A stretch of DNA of 64,000 nt from Oscillospiraceae bacterium (lineage in GTDB: Bacteria > Bacillota > Clostridia > Oscillospirales > CAG-382): assembly GCA_015063785.1 (NCBI GenBank), contig SVTM01000005.1:35841-99840 (forward strand), written 5' to 3'. Both the position numbers and the translations under genes were made by a program. Below the pieces are notes generated by a model. It had not been told where the DNA came from, made no database searches, and saw nothing but the letters and a program-made list of their open reading frames with translations. The first letter of the stretch is position 1, and each line of letters begins with the position of its first letter. Below are positions 29,539 through 39,748 of this stretch, piece by piece.

Positions 29539-31551
29539 TTATTTTTTCTTTTTGCCGACGGTTCTACCCGTCGGTTTTTTCGTACCTTTTCCATAAATCT
29601 TTCCACTTCCGCTCATTTCGGGAGTGACTTTTCCGGTTTTGTGTCGGTTTTGGGAGCGGTCATTCTTTCGTGGAGTGCTCTTTGTGTTGCGGACGGATTT
29701 TTTTGCGGATACACCTTTGTTTTCGGGAGGTCTTTTGCCAAGCAGAGGGAGATATGCGTCGTATCTTCCCGAGAGTTTAATTGCCTTTTCCACAAGGGGG
29801 CGGTTTTCGGGTTTGTTGTATTGCAAAAGCGCACGTTGAAGTTGTTTTTCTTCGTAGCTTTTGGGAATGTAGACCTCTTTTCCGCTAAAAGGATCGTAGC
29901 CCGAATAGTACATGGTGGTGGATGCCGTGCCGGGGGTGGGATAAAAATCCTGCACCTGCTCGGGGCGGATATTGCCTTTTTTAAGATAAAGAGCAAGATC
30001 TATGGCATCCGACAGTGTGCTTCCCGGGTGGGAGGACATGAGATAGGGCACGAGATACTGCTCGAGTCCGCATTTTTTTGAAATATCAAAATATTTCTGA
30101 CAAAAAGCGTTGTAGATCTCCACGTTCGGCTTTCCCATGTGGGCAAGAACGCGGGGAGAAATATGCTCGGGCGCAACTTTCAGCTGACCGCTGACGTGGT
30201 TTTTAACAAGCTCGCGCAAAAACTCGTCGCTCTTGTCGGCCATGGCATAGTCAAAACGCACGCCCGAGCGGACAAAGACCTTCTTTACCTTTGGAAGTGC
30301 GCGGACTTTTTTGAGAATGTCGATATATTCTGTGTGGTCGGCAATAAGGTTTTTGCACGGGGTGGGAGAAAGACATCTGCGGTTGTTGCAGACAGCTTTT
30401 TTGCCCTCGCGCACAAGCTTGCAGGGGCCATGGCGGAAATTTGCCGTGGGGCCGCCCACGTCGTGGATGTATCCCTTGAAGCGCGGAAGTGTGGTAAGAA
30501 GCTTTGCCTCCTCCACCACAGATTCGCACGAGCGCGAGATGACGTTTCGTCCTTGGTTGTAGGCGATGGCGCAGAATGCGCAGGCGCCAAAACAGCCGCG
30601 GTTGTGGGTGATCGAAAATTCCACCTCGTCAATGGCGGATATGCCGCCTGCGGCATCGTATTTGGGATGCCACGTTCTTGTAAAAGGCAGGGCGTACACT
30701 TCGTCCAGCTCTTTTGTCGAAAGGGGTTCGGGGGGAGGATTTTGTATCAGCTTTACTCCACCGTCATAGTATTCAACTATCGCCTTGCCCCCGACAAAAT
30801 CCTGGTTTTCATACTGGATCTTAAAGGCGTTGGCATAGGCTTTTTTGTCGGTCTTCAGGGTCTCGTAATCGTAGGTTTCGATGTAATCGTATTTGGGGGT
30901 GTAATCGTCCTTGACACAGACGACAGTGCCGCGGATATCGCGCAGTTTTTTGACGGGAACGCCCTTTTCAAGATATTTTGCGATCTCGGGGATCGAACGC
31001 TCGCCCATGCCGTAGCTTATCATGTCGGCGCGCGAATCGATGAGAATGCTTCTTCTTACCTTGTCGTCCCAATAGTCATAATGGGCAAAACGGCGCAGCG
31101 ATGCTTCGAGTCCGCCGATGATTATCGGCACGTCGCCGTATGCTTCGCGGATGCGATTGCAATAGACAATGACGGCTCTGTCGGGACGAAGGCCCGCCTT
31201 TTTCCCGGGGGAATAATAATCGTCCGAGCGGCGTTTTTTTGCCGCGGTGTAGTTTGCCACCATCGAGTCGACGTTGCCCGAGCTTACGAGAAAGCCGAGT
31301 CGGGGTCTGCCGAAAACGCATACGCCCTTTCCCGAGCCGTCGCGGTAGCTGGTTTTGTACTCGGGTTGTGCGATTATTCCGACGGAAAAGCCGTGCGATT
31401 CAAGAAGTCTTGATATCAAAGCACAACCAAAGCTTGGATGGTCAACGTATGCATCGCCCGTGATGTATACAAAATCGGGGGCAGATATTCCCTCGGGCAG
31501 TTCTTCGGGCGACATGGGCAGAGGTTTTTGCGCAAGTCGTGTGTAGATCAT
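29539..31551 (-). CDS. ygiQ: YgiQ family (UPF0313) radical SAM protein
   Basis: GDAYVDHPSFG, RGCFGACAFC, DVGGPTAN, EQVQDFYPTP; basic tail; ATGA coupling. Confidence 0.93.
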   Translation of the reverse strand: MIYTRLAQKPLPMSPEELPEGISAPDFVYITGDAYVDHPSFGCALISRLLESHGFSVGIIAQPEYKTSYRDGSGKGVCVFGRPRLGFLVSSGNVDSMVANYTAAKKRRSDDYYSPGKKAGLRPDRAVIVYCNRIREAYGDVPIIIGGLEASLRRFAHYDYWDDKVRRSILIDSRADMISYGMGERSIPEIAKYLEKGVPVKKLRDIRGTVVCVKDDYTPKYDYIETYDYETLKTDKKAYANAFKIQYENQDFVGGKAIVEYYDGGVKLIQNPPPEPLSTKELDEVYALPFTRTWHPKYDAAGGISAIDEVEFSITHNRGCFGACAFCAIAYNQGRNVISRSCESVVEEAKLLTTLPRFKGYIHDVGGPTANFRHGPCKLVREGKKAVCNNRRCLSPTPCKNLIADHTEYIDILKKVRALPKVKKVFVRSGVRFDYAMADKSDEFLRELVKNHVSGQLKVAPEHISPRVLAHMGKPNVEIYNAFCQKYFDISKKCGLEQYLVPYLMSSHPGSTLSDAIDLALYLKKGNIRPEQVQDFYPTPGTASTTMYYSGYDPFSGKEVYIPKSYEEKQLQRALLQYNKPENRPLVEKAIKLSGRYDAYLPLLGKRPPENKGVSAKKSVRNTKSTPRKNDRSQNRHKTGKVTPEMSGSGKIYGKGTKKPTGRTVGKKKK

Positions 31552-32177
31552 TTTAAAATTATCCTTGTACGTGTGGATTGCCAGCCGCATTCGGGACAGA
31601 TGCCTTCCTGCGCCATGGCTTTGATAACGTATTCGGGGTTCAGATATCCTGCGGAGGATGCATCAACGCGCAAAACAAGCTCGGTGTTACCCGTGATCTC
31701 CGCTACGTGATATGAGAATATTTGCGGTTTTATATTAAGGTTTTTTTCACCGCTTTTGGTCTTTTTGGTCACGGTGATGTCGTCTTTGGAAAGGAATTTT
31801 TTGATATCATCGCAGATGCCAACGTGATCGGGCAGGGTGTAAAGATATTCGGCGCTTTCCACGTTTTTAAATTTCCCGCCTGCCTCCGAAACGCTTTTTA
31901 TTGTAATGTGAGGGGGCATGACGGCGCGAATCTTTTCTTCAAATTTGTCCTTGTCCATATCCACCTTCAACCCAACGTCGCACATTTCGTTTTCACCCGC
32001 CATGCCGACAGAAAGAGGAAGGGCAAAAACAAGCTTGGGATGGGGATTGAAGCCTTCGGAATAGCGAAGAGGAAGAGAAGCGCGATTGAAAGCGCGAACA
32101 AAGGTGTGGGCAAGGTCAAGATGCGAGATAAAAACAAGAGGGCCTGTTTTTGAAAAGGTTATTCTGAAATCTGTCAT
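31548..32177 (-). CDS. Radical SAM-linked protein (TIGR03936/DUF2344)
   Basis: FISHLDL, YSEGFNPHPK, LPLSVG, KKTKSG. Confidence 0.92.
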   Translation of the reverse strand: MTDFRITFSKTGPLVFISHLDLAHTFVRAFNRASLPLRYSEGFNPHPKLVFALPLSVGMAGENEMCDVGLKVDMDKDKFEEKIRAVMPPHITIKSVSEAGGKFKNVESAEYLYTLPDHVGICDDIKKFLSKDDITVTKKTKSGEKNLNIKPQIFSYHVAEITGNTELVLRVDASSAGYLNPEYVIKAMAQEGICPECGWQSTRTRIILK

Positions 32178-34087
32178 ACCTTTGCTTCCTCGCTTTCTTT
32201 GTTTTTACACTGCATTTCCTTGCAATAGGGTACGCCGTATTTGGAAATTCCGCATCCCGAGCATTTTGTTCCGCAATCGGGGGTGGTCTTTGTTTCATAA
32301 GCTTTTTCGTATTCGCGCATCAGGTATTTTTCCGAAACTCCGCAGTCGATGACCGACCAGGGAAGAACGTCGGAAAATTCAAATTTGCGGTTGGCATAAA
32401 ATTCGGGAGAAATTCCGGTTTCTTCAAAAGCACTCATCCAGTTGTCGAAATCGAAAAACTCGTCCCAACCGTCAAATATGGCACCCGTTCTGTAGGCTTT
32501 TTCGATAACTTTCGAAAGCCTTCTGTCGCCTCGTGCAAAAACGGCCTCGAGAAAGCTGACCTTTGATTCGTGCCAGCTGTAACGTATTCTGCGGCTGGTG
32601 ATATTTTGACCAAGAAGCTTTTGCTTGCGAACAAGCTCTTCTCTTGTGTCCTGGGCGCACCACTGGAAAGGCGTGTCACACTTTGGCACAAAGCAGGATA
32701 CCGAAATGTTGACCTCGCAGGATCTGCCCTTTGGTCTGTTGGGATTTTTGTAGTATTCGTCAACTATCTTCTGGGCAAGACGGGGAATTCCGACGATATC
32801 CTCGTCGGTCTCGCCGGGAAGTCCCAGCATAAAATAAAGCTTTACCGAGGTTCTGCCGTTTTTGAAAGCAGAAGCGCAGGTCGAAAGGATCTCTTCTTCT
32901 GTGAGATTTTTGTTGATTATGTCGCGCATTCTCTGGGTGCCTGCCTCGGGGGCAAAAGTGAGTCCCGATTTGCGAAGCTCTTCGATCTTTTTCATTATCT
33001 CGCTTTCAAACGAGTCTATGCGCATGGAGGGCAGCGAAAGACCAACCTTGCATTCATCGGTCCATTCCTTAAGGCAATCGACAAGCGACAAAAGCTGGGG
33101 ATAGTCGCTGATGCTGAGGGATGTCAGCGAAAGCTCCTCGTATCCTGTCGAAAGATATTGATCGCGAGCCTGCTTTGCAAGGGTTTCGTGCTCCTTCCAT
33201 CTGAAAGGACGATAGATCATGCCTGCCTGACAAAAACGGCAGCCTCGGGGACATCCACGCGCCACCTCGAGCATGATTCTGTCGTGTACGGTTTCAATAT
33301 AGGGCAGGGGCGATTTTTCGGGGAAATAGGATTTGTCAAAATCCGAAATTATGCGGCGCATAACTTTTTCGGGTACGTCGGAGGAAACGGGAGTGATGGC
33401 AGAAATTTTTCCGTTTTCGCCATCATAGCTTACTTCATAAAGCGAGGGAACGTAAAATCCCGAAAGGGTGGTTGCCACCTTTTTAAGAAATTCTTTCTTT
33501 GAATAAGCGATGCCTTTTTCCGAACATTCTTGTTTGTACGAAATATAAAGCTTTGTAAATTCCACGAGGGCTTCTTCTCCCTCGCCGATGCTGAAAAGAT
33601 CAAAAAAGTCTGCCACAGGCTCGGGATTGTACGAGCAGGGGCCACCGCCGATGATTATTGGCATATCGTCGGTTCTGTCATTGGCGTATATGGGAAGCCC
33701 TGCAAGCTCAAGGGTGTAAAGCACGTTGGTATAGCACATTTCGTACTGAAGGGTAAAGCCGATGATGTCAAAATCTGCAAGGGCATCGCCGCTTTCGTGG
33801 GCATAAAGCGGAATTTTTTCGGCAAGCAGAATGTCTCCGAAATCCTTCCATGGGGTATATGTGCGCTCGCACCAGATATCGTCGCAACTGTTCAGCGCGC
33901 CATAAAGGATTTTTACACCGAGATTTGACATTCCGATCTCGTAGGCATCGGGAAAACAGAAGGCAAAGCGAGCCTTGATCTTGGATTTGTCTTTTATCGT
34001 TTCGTTAAGCTCGCCGCCGGTGTATCTGCCGGGTTTTTGAACGGTTTTCAGAAATTTTTCGGCAAGCTGTTTTGGTGTTGGGGTCAT
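32174..34087 (-). CDS. TIGR03960 family B12-binding radical SAM protein
   Basis: KPGRYTGGE, FPDAYEIGMS, RGCPRGCRFCQAG, TFAPEAGTQR, terminal CxxxCxxCG. Confidence 0.92.
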   Translation of the reverse strand: MTPTPKQLAEKFLKTVQKPGRYTGGELNETIKDKSKIKARFAFCFPDAYEIGMSNLGVKILYGALNSCDDIWCERTYTPWKDFGDILLAEKIPLYAHESGDALADFDIIGFTLQYEMCYTNVLYTLELAGLPIYANDRTDDMPIIIGGGPCSYNPEPVADFFDLFSIGEGEEALVEFTKLYISYKQECSEKGIAYSKKEFLKKVATTLSGFYVPSLYEVSYDGENGKISAITPVSSDVPEKVMRRIISDFDKSYFPEKSPLPYIETVHDRIMLEVARGCPRGCRFCQAGMIYRPFRWKEHETLAKQARDQYLSTGYEELSLTSLSISDYPQLLSLVDCLKEWTDECKVGLSLPSMRIDSFESEIMKKIEELRKSGLTFAPEAGTQRMRDIINKNLTEEEILSTCASAFKNGRTSVKLYFMLGLPGETDEDIVGIPRLAQKIVDEYYKNPNRPKGRSCEVNISVSCFVPKCDTPFQWCAQDTREELVRKQKLLGQNITSRRIRYSWHESKVSFLEAVFARGDRRLSKVIEKAYRTGAIFDGWDEFFDFDNWMSAFEETGISPEFYANRKFEFSDVLPWSVIDCGVSEKYLMREYEKAYETKTTPDCGTKCSGCGISKYGVPYCKEMQCKNKESEEAKV

Positions 34088-34117
34088 ATGTATTTTACCT
34101 CTCTTGTCAGATGCTTG

Positions 34118-34672
34118 TTATTTGTCGTACTTTTCGACGGCGATGATAAAGGGCGCGTCGGGAGAGTTGATGAGTCGGAACTGGGTTACGCAGTAGTATT
34201 TTTTGTCAAGCTTCGAAAGCTCGCTTGTCAGCATTTCTCCCTCAAGCCGACCTTCTTCGTGGCCGGGATAGATAGAAATTACGAGCACGCCGCCTTTTTT
34301 CAGAAGCTCGATGGCTCCGGTTACGGCAGGAAGAGTGCTTTCACGCATGGTGTGCAACGATTTGTTGCCGCTGCCCGGCAGATATCCGAGATTGAACATT
34401 CCGCCATCGATGGGCTCTTTTATGTATTCCTTGCAGTTGGCGTGGCTGGAATGAATGAGCACGGCGTTTGAAAGCCCAGCATCGTCAAGCCTTTTACGAG
34501 TGTTGACAAGGGCGCTTTCCTGGATATCAAAGGCATATACCTTGCCGTCAGGCACTTTTTTGCAAAGATATTCGGTGTCGTGTCCGTTGCCCATGGTGAA
34601 ATCACAAAGCACCGAGTCGGGGCGGATTATGGGTTCTATAAAAGCCTTGGCGGCATCAAGCAGTTCAAACAT
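34118..34672 (-). CDS. SAM-dependent methyltransferase, YtqB/MnmM-like
   Basis: DFTMGNGHDT, AFDIQ, FNLGYLP, YPGHEEG. Confidence 0.88.
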   Translation of the reverse strand: MFELLDAAKAFIEPIIRPDSVLCDFTMGNGHDTEYLCKKVPDGKVYAFDIQESALVNTRKRLDDAGLSNAVLIHSSHANCKEYIKEPIDGGMFNLGYLPGSGNKSLHTMRESTLPAVTGAIELLKKGGVLVISIYPGHEEGRLEGEMLTSELSKLDKKYYCVTQFRLINSPDAPFIIAVEKYDK

Positions 34673-34782
34673 AAAAAATACCTCGGGATATGTTTTTGGA
34701 AGAAAACTTCTATCCATCTATTATAGCAGAAAAAGCGCGGGATTGGAAGAGTTTTTGGCAAAATATAAGGAAGAAAAAAGAG

Positions 34783-35682
34783 TTACGAATAGATCTTTGC
34801 CGTTTCGTGGTAGACTTTCAGAAAATCGCGAAGTATTTCGACCTTTGAAAAATCGCGGTTGTAAACGATGTTCATTTCGCGCAGCATGCTGAGGTTTTCG
34901 ATTGGAAGAACAGCGATCTTGCCCTTTTTCAGCTCGTCCATGCAGGCACTTTTGGGAAGGATGGATATGCCCAGATCTTTTCGGATAAGGTCCTTGATGG
35001 TGGCAATATTGTCGACCTCAAGCGAAATGTTGAAATTGTCGATCGATTCGCCGATGCTCGTAAGGGTGGCTTCAAAGAGCATTCGCGTGCCTGACGAGGG
35101 CAGGCGCAAGATCATCTTTTCCTGTTTCAGCGCCGAAAGGGTTACCATGGATTGGCGCGACAGCTTGTTGTTGTTGGAAAGAACACACACAAGATAGTCG
35201 GTGTCGAGCATCAGACAGTTGAAAGAAGAGCTTGTGGGTCTGCCCTCGACGATGGCAAGATCTATCTCGTAATTTTCGAGCATATCATAAAGATTTTTGA
35301 TTGTATCAGTAATAATAGTTATACTTAAATTGCGGTTTTTGCTGCCGTATTTTGCCAAAGCCTCGGTGATCAGGTTGCTCTCTGCCGTGTGGGTTATGCC
35401 GATGCGGATACGGGTCATAACCTTTTCGTTGTCCGAAAGCTCTGTCTTCATTTTTGTATAAAGCGCCGCAAGACGGCGTGCATAGCGTATAACAGTTTCT
35501 CCCTCGGGAGTGGGCTTGAACTCGCCTTTTCCGCGTATAAACAGCTTTACCGCAAGCTCCTCTTCGAGCATGCTGATGTGATGGCTGACGGCAGGCTGGG
35601 TGAGCGCGAGCTTTTGTGCTGCTTTGGTAAAATTTTTCTCTTCCGCCACCGTCAAGAGTGTTAAAAGTTTAACATCCAGCAT
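34783..35682 (-). CDS. LysR family regulator
   Basis: NFTKAAQKLALTQPAVSHHISMLE HTH. Confidence 0.93.
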   Translation of the reverse strand: MLDVKLLTLLTVAEEKNFTKAAQKLALTQPAVSHHISMLEEELAVKLFIRGKGEFKPTPEGETVIRYARRLAALYTKMKTELSDNEKVMTRIRIGITHTAESNLITEALAKYGSKNRNLSITIITDTIKNLYDMLENYEIDLAIVEGRPTSSSFNCLMLDTDYLVCVLSNNNKLSRQSMVTLSALKQEKMILRLPSSGTRMLFEATLTSIGESIDNFNISLEVDNIATIKDLIRKDLGISILPKSACMDELKKGKIAVLPIENLSMLREMNIVYNRDFSKVEILRDFLKVYHETAKIYS

Positions 35683-35811
35683 TCTTGTCAACTCCATTAA
35701 AATAATTTATAGATATCAAAATAAATATTACTTGACTTTATGTAATAATAGTGTATCATAATGTGTATATCTTTTCAAGAGGAAAAAGAAAATTTTTTGA
35801 AAGGTACCAAA

Positions 35812-37254
35812 ATGCTCAATAATATTTATGAAAAAATAGATCCGGGAGCCGTGACGATCATTGCGATTTCGCTGATGCTGTTCGTCGGTTTCCTGATGAC
35901 TCGCATCACAAAACGGCTGAAATTGCCCAATGTTACCGCCTACATCCTGACGGGCATACTCATTGGCCCGTTTTGTCTTGACCTTATTCCCGAACACGTG
36001 ATATCGGGCACAGATTTTTTGTCTGACATTGCCCTTGCCTTCATTGCTTTCAGCACCGGCGAGTTTTTCAGGTTGTCGGCACTTAAAAAGAACGGTGCAA
36101 AGGTGATTGTAATTACCCTTGCCGAAGCGCTTTTTGCTTCTCTTCTTATATTTGTGCTGACATTCTTTATTCTTCGCCTTGAGCTTGCCTTTTCGATTGT
36201 TCTTTCGGCGCTGGCGGCGGCAACAGCTCCGGCATCTACCATGATGACTCTTCGCCAGACGGGAGCAAAAGGGGATTTTGTTGACACCCTTTTGCAGGTG
36301 GTCGCTCTTGACAACATTGTTGCTATTGTAGCATACAGCATTTCTATATCGGTGGCGGTGGCTCTTTCGTCGGGAAGTAACGTCAGCGCGTCAAATGTGC
36401 TGGTACCGATCGCCACAAACATCGGTGTTCTTCTTCTCGGCTGTGTGTTCGGATATATAATGAAGCTTCTCATCCACCGTCGCTCAAACGACAACCGACT
36501 TATCATAACTGTGGCGCTTCTTTTCACCTTCTGTGGCATTTGTGCCATGCTTGGTATTTCACCTTTGCTTGGCTGTATGTCGATGGGAACGGTATATATC
36601 AACGTTGCGCAGGACGACAAGCTTTTTAAGCAGATAAACTATTTTTCGCCCCCGATACTTCTTTTGTTCTTTGTCCGCTCGGGATTAAGCTTTGATCTCG
36701 GTGCTCTTGTGGGCACGACTGGTGCCATCGGTGCGGTTTCGTTGCTGGTGGTTGGCATAACCTATTTCGTCGTGCGTATCATAGCAAAATATGCCGGTGC
36801 GTTTATCGGATGTGCCGTTGTGAAAAAATCAACGAAGATCCGCAATTTTCTCGGTCTTGCCCTTATTCCCCAGGCCGGCGTTGCTATTGGCCTTGCGGTA
36901 TTGGGAGCGCGAGAGCTTGGCGGCGAGATGGGATCTGCTCTGGAAACGATAATTCTTGCCGCAAGCGTGCTATACGAGCTGGTGGGTCCTGTGTGTGCAA
37001 AGCTTTCGCTTTATCTTTCGGGTTCGTATTCCACAAAGCTTGAGGAGATTGTGCAGGTGGAGGAAAAGACCGATGAGGGTGAGCAGAAATCGTCCCTCGA
37101 AATACTTATAGAGCGTATACAGAAGATTCAGCAGGAGCTTCCCAAAAACACCGTTTCCGAGGAGGAGCAGGCTTTCACCAGCGCCGCCGAGGAGCATTTT
37201 AACAGTCAGTTCGGCACCCGCAGATCGTATCCTCGAAACAGACGTAATTTTTAA
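35812..37254 (+). CDS. Cation:proton antiporter (CPA2-like)
   Basis: LPNVTAYILTGILIGP, ATAPAST, VVALDN, PQAGVAIG; multi-TM. Confidence 0.88.
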   Translation: MLNNIYEKIDPGAVTIIAISLMLFVGFLMTRITKRLKLPNVTAYILTGILIGPFCLDLIPEHVISGTDFLSDIALAFIAFSTGEFFRLSALKKNGAKVIVITLAEALFASLLIFVLTFFILRLELAFSIVLSALAAATAPASTMMTLRQTGAKGDFVDTLLQVVALDNIVAIVAYSISISVAVALSSGSNVSASNVLVPIATNIGVLLLGCVFGYIMKLLIHRRSNDNRLIITVALLFTFCGICAMLGISPLLGCMSMGTVYINVAQDDKLFKQINYFSPPILLLFFVRSGLSFDLGALVGTTGAIGAVSLLVVGITYFVVRIIAKYAGAFIGCAVVKKSTKIRNFLGLALIPQAGVAIGLAVLGARELGGEMGSALETIILAASVLYELVGPVCAKLSLYLSGSYSTKLEEIVQVEEKTDEGEQKSSLEILIERIQKIQQELPKNTVSEEEQAFTSAAEEHFNSQFGTRRSYPRNRRNF

Positions 37255-37266
37255 GGAGGAAGCAAG

Positions 37267-38031
37267 ATGGAATTTATCATCCCCGAAGTTTTGACAGAAA
37301 CGTCAAAGTATATCATCGACCCGGTGGCTCGCTTTCTTGGCGAATGGTCCACAGAGATCAACGCCGCCACAATCTTTCTGCGCATAATCCTTTCGGTGCT
37401 TCTTGCAGCAATAATCGGTTGCGAGCGCTCGAGCAAGCGTCACTCGGCGGGTTTGCGCACTTTCATCCTTGTTTCGCTGGCGTCAACTGTTGCCATGATG
37501 CTTGATATTTTTCTTGCCGACGTTGCAGGTATCAAATTCTATATGACGTCCGCCGCATCTGTTATTGCCACTGCAATAATCAGCGTCAATTCGATGGTTT
37601 TCAGCTCGCGAAATCAGATAAAGGGGCTTACCACCTCGGTGGGGCTTTGGACATGCGGCATCATCGGTCTTACCTGCGGCGCAGGATATTACACGGTCAC
37701 CCTTGCCGCTTTTTGCGCTCTGCTTTTGTGCCTTTCGATCTTTCCCGTATTTGAAAGATATCTCAAAAACAGATCAAACCATTTCGAAATACACCTTGAG
37801 CTTACCACCAGCGTGAAGCTGCAGGATTTTGTAACCACCATAAGAAGGCTTGGACTTAAGATCGACGATATTGAATTGAACCCTGCCTATGCAAATTCGG
37901 GTCTCAGCGTTTATTCGGTTTCGATCTCGATAAGCTCGGCGGAGCTTAAAAAGTACAAGACCCACCACGAGATAATCGAGGCTCTCAAAACCCTTGATTA
38001 CGTTTATCACATCGAAGAAATGCATGGTTGA
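37267..38031 (+). CDS. MgtC/SapB family protein
   Basis: IGCER..AGLRTF, IKGLTTSVGLW. Confidence 0.9.
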   Translation: MEFIIPEVLTETSKYIIDPVARFLGEWSTEINAATIFLRIILSVLLAAIIGCERSSKRHSAGLRTFILVSLASTVAMMLDIFLADVAGIKFYMTSAASVIATAIISVNSMVFSSRNQIKGLTTSVGLWTCGIIGLTCGAGYYTVTLAAFCALLLCLSIFPVFERYLKNRSNHFEIHLELTTSVKLQDFVTTIRRLGLKIDDIELNPAYANSGLSVYSVSISISSAELKKYKTHHEIIEALKTLDYVYHIEEMHG

Positions 38032-38036
38032 AAGGT

Positions 38037-38069
38037 AGCCCCCGACGAAGGTTCGTCGGGGGCTGTTTT
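38037..38069 (+). terminator. Intrinsic terminator
   Basis: AGCCCCCGACGAA/TTCGTCGGGGGCT then GTTTT. Confidence 0.85.
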
Positions 38070-38246
38070 GACGTGACGTGAATGAAAAATGCCGCCATTG
38101 ACCATTTTTTGCCCAAAACGGGGGTGAAAGAGGCGGTTTTTGTGTCGATTTTTGAATATTTTAAAATTGAAAAATTCAAAAAGTTGTGAAAAATATAGCA
38201 AAAAGGTGCCTGTTTACAACTTTTTTTGAAATTTCAAAAAAAATTC

Positions 38247-38275
38247 TTGCAATTTCAAAAAAACTGTGCTATACT
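38247..38275 (+). promoter_or_regulatory. gdhA promoter
   Basis: TTGCAA-17bp-TATACT with TGn extension. Confidence 0.7.
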
Positions 38276-38330
38276 AAACTGTACAAATTTTTGAAAGAAA
38301 TATTTTTCTTATATTAAGGAGGAACTCCAA

Positions 38331-39683
38331 ATGTTCAAATTGCAGTATTTCAACGATGTTTTTGCATCTGTTGAAAAGAAAAACCCCGGCGAGCCTGAAT
38401 TTCTTCAGACTGTCAAGGAAGTTCTCGAGTCCATCGAGATCGTATTCGAAAAGAGACCTGACCTCATCGAAGCAGGCATTCTCGAAAGATTTGTTGAGCC
38501 CGAACGTTTCATCCAGTTCAGAGTTAGCTGGGTTGACGACAACGGCAAGGTTCAGGTAAACCGCGGCTACCGCGTACAGTTCAACTCTGCGATCGGTCCT
38601 TATAAGGGCGGTCTCCGTTTCCATCCCTCTGTAAACTCTTCCATCATCAAGTTCCTTGGCTTCGAGCAGACACTTAAGAACAGCCTCACCAGCCTTCCCA
38701 TGGGCGGCGGTAAGGGCGGATCTGACTTTGATCCCCAGGGCAAATCCGATATGGAAGTTATGCGCTTCTGCCAGAGCTTTATGACAGAGCTTGCAAAGCA
38801 CATCGGCCCCAACACCGACGTTCCCGCAGGTGACATCGGCGTAGGTGCACGTGAAGTCGGCTATCTCTTCGGTCAGTACAAGAGACTCCAGAACGAATTT
38901 ACAGGCGTTCTCACAGGTAAGGGCATTCCTTACGGCGGTTCTCTTATCCGTCCTGAAGCAACAGGCTACGGCGCAGTTTATTATGCAGTTGAAATGCTCA
39001 AGTATTTCGGCGACGATATCAAGGGCAAGACATTTGCAGTATCCGGCTTCGGTAACGTTGCATGGGGTACAGTAAAGAAGATCAACGAGCTTGGCGGTAA
39101 GGTTGTTACAATCTCCGGTCCCGACGGTTACATCTATGATCCCGATGGAATCTGCACAGAAGAAAAGATCAACTACATGCTCGAAATGCGTGCTTCCTGC
39201 CGTAACAAGGTTCAGGACTATGCAGACAAGTTCGGCGTACAGTTCTTCCCCGGCGAAAAGCCTTGGGGCACAAAGGTAGACATCGTTATGCCTTGTGCAA
39301 CTCAGAACGAAGTTGGCATGGCTGAAGCAGAAAAGATCGTTGCTGCAGGCGTTAAATACTACATCGAAGTATCCAACATGCCCACAACAAACGAAGCTGT
39401 TGCATACCTTAAGGAAAAGGGTCTCAAGATCGCTCCTTCCAAGGCAGTTAATGCAGGCGGCGTTGCTGTTTCCGGTCTTGAAATGTCCCAGAACTCGATG
39501 CGTTACAGCTGGAGCGCAGAAGAAGTTGACGAAAAGCTCAAGATGATCATGAAGAATATCTTCAACAACTCTATCGAAGCTGCTCACACCTACGGTATGG
39601 GCGACGACCTTGTTGCAGGTGCAAACATCGCAGGCTTTATCAAGGTTGCTGAAGCCATGAAGGCTCAGGGCGTTGCATATTAA
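38331..39683 (+). CDS. gdhA: NAD(P)-specific glutamate dehydrogenase
   Basis: GPYKGGLRFHP, PMGGGKGGSDFDP, DVPAGDIGVG, RPEATGYG; strongly biased codons. Confidence 0.97.
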   Translation: MFKLQYFNDVFASVEKKNPGEPEFLQTVKEVLESIEIVFEKRPDLIEAGILERFVEPERFIQFRVSWVDDNGKVQVNRGYRVQFNSAIGPYKGGLRFHPSVNSSIIKFLGFEQTLKNSLTSLPMGGGKGGSDFDPQGKSDMEVMRFCQSFMTELAKHIGPNTDVPAGDIGVGAREVGYLFGQYKRLQNEFTGVLTGKGIPYGGSLIRPEATGYGAVYYAVEMLKYFGDDIKGKTFAVSGFGNVAWGTVKKINELGGKVVTISGPDGYIYDPDGICTEEKINYMLEMRASCRNKVQDYADKFGVQFFPGEKPWGTKVDIVMPCATQNEVGMAEAEKIVAAGVKYYIEVSNMPTTNEAVAYLKEKGLKIAPSKAVNAGGVAVSGLEMSQNSMRYSWSAEEVDEKLKMIMKNIFNNSIEAAHTYGMGDDLVAGANIAGFIKVAEAMKAQGVAY

Positions 39684-39702
39684 TTTTTTGCAATAAAAAA
39701 TC

Positions 39703-39733
39703 AACACCGTCTCGAAAGGGACGGTGTTTTTTT
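39703..39733. terminator. Intrinsic terminator
   Basis: AACACCGTCTC-GAAA-GGGACGGTGTT plus T tract. Confidence 0.88.
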
Positions 39734-39748
39734 GGTTTATCTGTCGGC

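Noticed and set aside
30139-31413. 424-aa plus-strand ORF (also 32570-33502, 40286-41488, 46921-48039, 52143-53210)
   Set aside because: All are antisense to well-supported genes
38274-39707. 477-aa minus-strand ORF
   Set aside because: Antisense shadow of highly biased gdhA
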